From: an uncultured Holophaga sp.
GTDB lineage: Bacteria > Acidobacteriota > Holophagae > Holophagales > Holophagaceae
Assembly: GCA_963664825.1 (NCBI GenBank)
Contig: OY761614.1
Location: 1-64,000 of the forward strand
Length of the DNA stretch: 64,000 bases
Direction: 5' to 3'
Part shown: in pieces, positions 62,147 through 64,000 of the stretch
Position numbering within the stretch: position 1 is the first letter of the stretch
Layout: each line of letters starts with the position of its first letter
Notes under the pieces: model-generated
What the model was told of the DNA's origin: nothing
Databases searched by the model: none
Seen by the model: the letters and a program-made list of their open reading frames with translations, nothing else
Position numbers and translations under genes: made by a program

Positions 62147-62545
62147 TCAGTTTTGATCTTCAGATTCCGGCAGGCCATCCGGGGCTGGTTCGGCGGGCCT
62201 GGCGGCGCGCTCCTTCTCGAGTTCCGCGAGGAGGGTCTCCATCTTGTTGCCCTGTTCCAGGGTGGTATCCAAGAAGAAGCGCAGTTCGGGCGCCTTCTTG
62301 AGGCTCAGGCGCTGGGCCAGCTGGGTGCGCAGGAAGCCCGTGGCCCGGGCCAGGGCCTTGGCGCTCTTCTCCTGTTGGGCCGCTTCGCCCAGCACGGTGT
62401 AGTAGACCTTGGCGATGCCGCGGTCCCCGGTCAGGCGCACGGCCGTGAGTGTGAGAAATCCGAGTTCGGGATCCCGCACCTCCCGCTGGATCAGCGTGGA
62501 GAGGAGGAAATGGACCTGGTCTTCGAGTTTTTCGGGGCGGAGCAT
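62147..62545 (-). CDS. rbfA: Ribosome-binding factor A
   Basis: REVRDPEL, AKVYY, APELRFFLD. Confidence 0.95.
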   Translation of the reverse strand: MLRPEKLEDQVHFLLSTLIQREVRDPELGFLTLTAVRLTGDRGIAKVYYTVLGEAAQQEKSAKALARATGFLRTQLAQRLSLKKAPELRFFLDTTLEQGNKMETLLAELEKERAARPAEPAPDGLPESEDQN

Positions 62546-62610
62546 GGGGAATCCTTAAGGCTTCCAGTGTAGCGGCAACGTTCCCTCCCCGGCCCTGCCA
62601 CAATCCCTCC

Positions 62611-63345
62611 ATGGACGAATGGTTCAGGGACTGGTTCGATGCCGATTATGCGACCCTCTACGGCCACCGGGACGCCGCCGAAGCTGAGCGCGCCATTTCC
62701 ACCGCCCTGGAAGCCGCACCGGAGCTGCGCTCGGGCCCCGTCCTGGACCTGGCCTGCGGCACGGGCCGCCACCTGGTGGCCCTGCGCAAGCACAACCCCC
62801 TCGCCTTCGGCCTGGACCTCTCGGCCCATCTCCTGGGGGAGGCGCCTGAGGCCCTCCGCCCCTGGCTCCTGCGGGGGGATATGCGCCACCTGCCCGTGAA
62901 AGAGGAATCCCTCACAGGCATCACGCTCTGGTTCACGCCCTTCGGCTATTTTTCCGATGCCAGCAATCGCGCCCTCCTCCTTCAGCTCGCGGCCCTGCTG
63001 CGCCCGGGAGGCATCCTGCTCCTGGATTTTCTGAACAAGGCCCATCTGGAGCGCACGCTCATCCCCAAAGACGTGATCGAGCGCGGCGGCCTGCGGGCCC
63101 ACAGCCGCCGGACCCTGGAGGGGGACCGCATCGTGAAGCGGATGACCCTCACCCACTTGGATTCCCAGGAGACCCGGGAAGTCATGGAATCCGTTCGCGT
63201 CTATTCCCCCCGGGAACTGCGCGAGATGACTTCCGAGGTGGGGCTCGTCTGCGAACGGGAACTGGGCACCTATGGGGGCGGGCCCTTCCGGCCGGAGGAT
63301 TCCCCCCGCTGGATCGGCATCTGCCGCCGGAATTTCAAGCCCTGA
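62611..63345 (+). CDS. Class I SAM-dependent methyltransferase
   Basis: VLDLACGTGRH, GDMR, FTPFGYF, LRPGG. Confidence 0.9.
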   Translation: MDEWFRDWFDADYATLYGHRDAAEAERAISTALEAAPELRSGPVLDLACGTGRHLVALRKHNPLAFGLDLSAHLLGEAPEALRPWLLRGDMRHLPVKEESLTGITLWFTPFGYFSDASNRALLLQLAALLRPGGILLLDFLNKAHLERTLIPKDVIERGGLRAHSRRTLEGDRIVKRMTLTHLDSQETREVMESVRVYSPRELREMTSEVGLVCERELGTYGGGPFRPEDSPRWIGICRRNFKP

Positions 63346-63395
63346 AGATCCCTGCCCTTGGTGCCACAATGGGCCCCTATCTGCAGGAGCCGACC

Positions 63396-64000
63396 ATGGG
63401 ATTCAGGACACTCAAGGAACTGGACGTCAAGGGACACCGCGTGTTCCTGCGCGCCGATCTCAACGTCCCCATCAAGGAGGGCGTGATCAAGGATGCCACC
63501 CGCATCCGTGAGACCCTTCCCACCCTGAAGCATCTCCTGGAAGGGGGAGCTTCGGTGGTGATGTGCAGCCATATGGGCCGCCCCGAGGGCACCGGCTTCG
63601 AGCAGGCCTACAGCCTGGCCCCCGTGGCCGCCTGGCTCCAGGACAATGGCATCGACGCCAGACTGGCCAGTGGCCTCATCGGCGAGGCCGTGGAGGCCGA
63701 GGCCAAGGCCCTCAAGCCCGGCCAGGTGCTGCTCCTGGAGAATCTGCGCTTCGACAAGGGCGAGACCAAGAACAAGCCCGAATTCTGCCAGGCCCTGGCC
63801 AGGCTCGCCGACACCTACGTGGATGACGCCTTCGGCAGCGCCCACCGCGCCCACGCCTCCGTGGCCGGCGTCGTGCCCTATTTCCCCAAGGACCGCATCG
63901 CCGCGGGCTTCCTCATGGAAAAGGAGCTCAAGGCCCTCGGCAAGGTGCTGCACCACCCCGAGAAGCCCCTGGTGGCCGTCATGGGCGGCGCCAAGGTCTC
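63396..64000 (+). CDS. pgk: Phosphoglycerate kinase (3' partial)
   Basis: Hand translation from ATG 63396: VFLRADLNVP, SHMGRP, LLENLRF, DAFGSAHRAHAS, MGGAKVS. Confidence 0.96.
   Translation, partial: MGFRTLKELDVKGHRVFLRADLNVPIKEGVIKDATRIRETLPTLKHLLEGGASVVMCSHMGRPEGTGFEQAYSLAPVAAWLQDNGIDARLASGLIGEAVEAEAKALKPGQVLLLENLRFDKGETKNKPEFCQALARLADTYVDDAFGSAHRAHASVAGVVPYFPKDRIAAGFLMEKELKALGKVLHHPEKPLVAVMGGAKV

Overview
High-GC bacterial chromosome segment. Gene content (TamA/BamA-like protein, sigma54-type flagellar cluster, archaeal-type Asd, ECF/anti-sigma trio) is consistent with Acidobacteriota such as Holophagae, but this is inference only. Contents in order: 3' end of an IS66-family element; TetR plus an outer-membrane protein sharing an operator; glmS; ECF sigma/anti-sigma operon; tRNA-Val(GAC); Omp85-family gene and STAS protein; flagellar cluster flgBC-fliEFGHIJ-motE-like-fliK-flgDE; ispG, yidD, peptidases, miaA; a LytS/LytTR pair divergent from two Ser-rich genes; purF, an SPFH protein and an M16 peptidase; a SAM-I-controlled metY-metX-aspartokinase-SDR-asd operon; an AmmeMemoRadiSam-type pair; aat; SpoIID; a Pls-type membrane NRPS with PPTase; a BsuBI/PstI-type restriction-modification pair wedged between rbfA and truB; start of pgk. 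Strongest leads: (1) the Met operon lacks homoserine dehydrogenase but carries an SDR between aspartokinase and asd; (2) dispersed, gene-free inverted-repeat elements whose arms have 9-10 bp periodicity, two of them nearly identical and one nested; (3) two mirror-image arrays of 21-bp-spaced LytTR boxes linking the two-component pair to uncharacterised Ser-rich repeat proteins; (4) a Pls-like synthetase with a Lys-type A-domain code; (5) RBS-sequestering structures upstream of metY and glmS. All calls come from reading motifs by eye; no database searches or folding programs were run.
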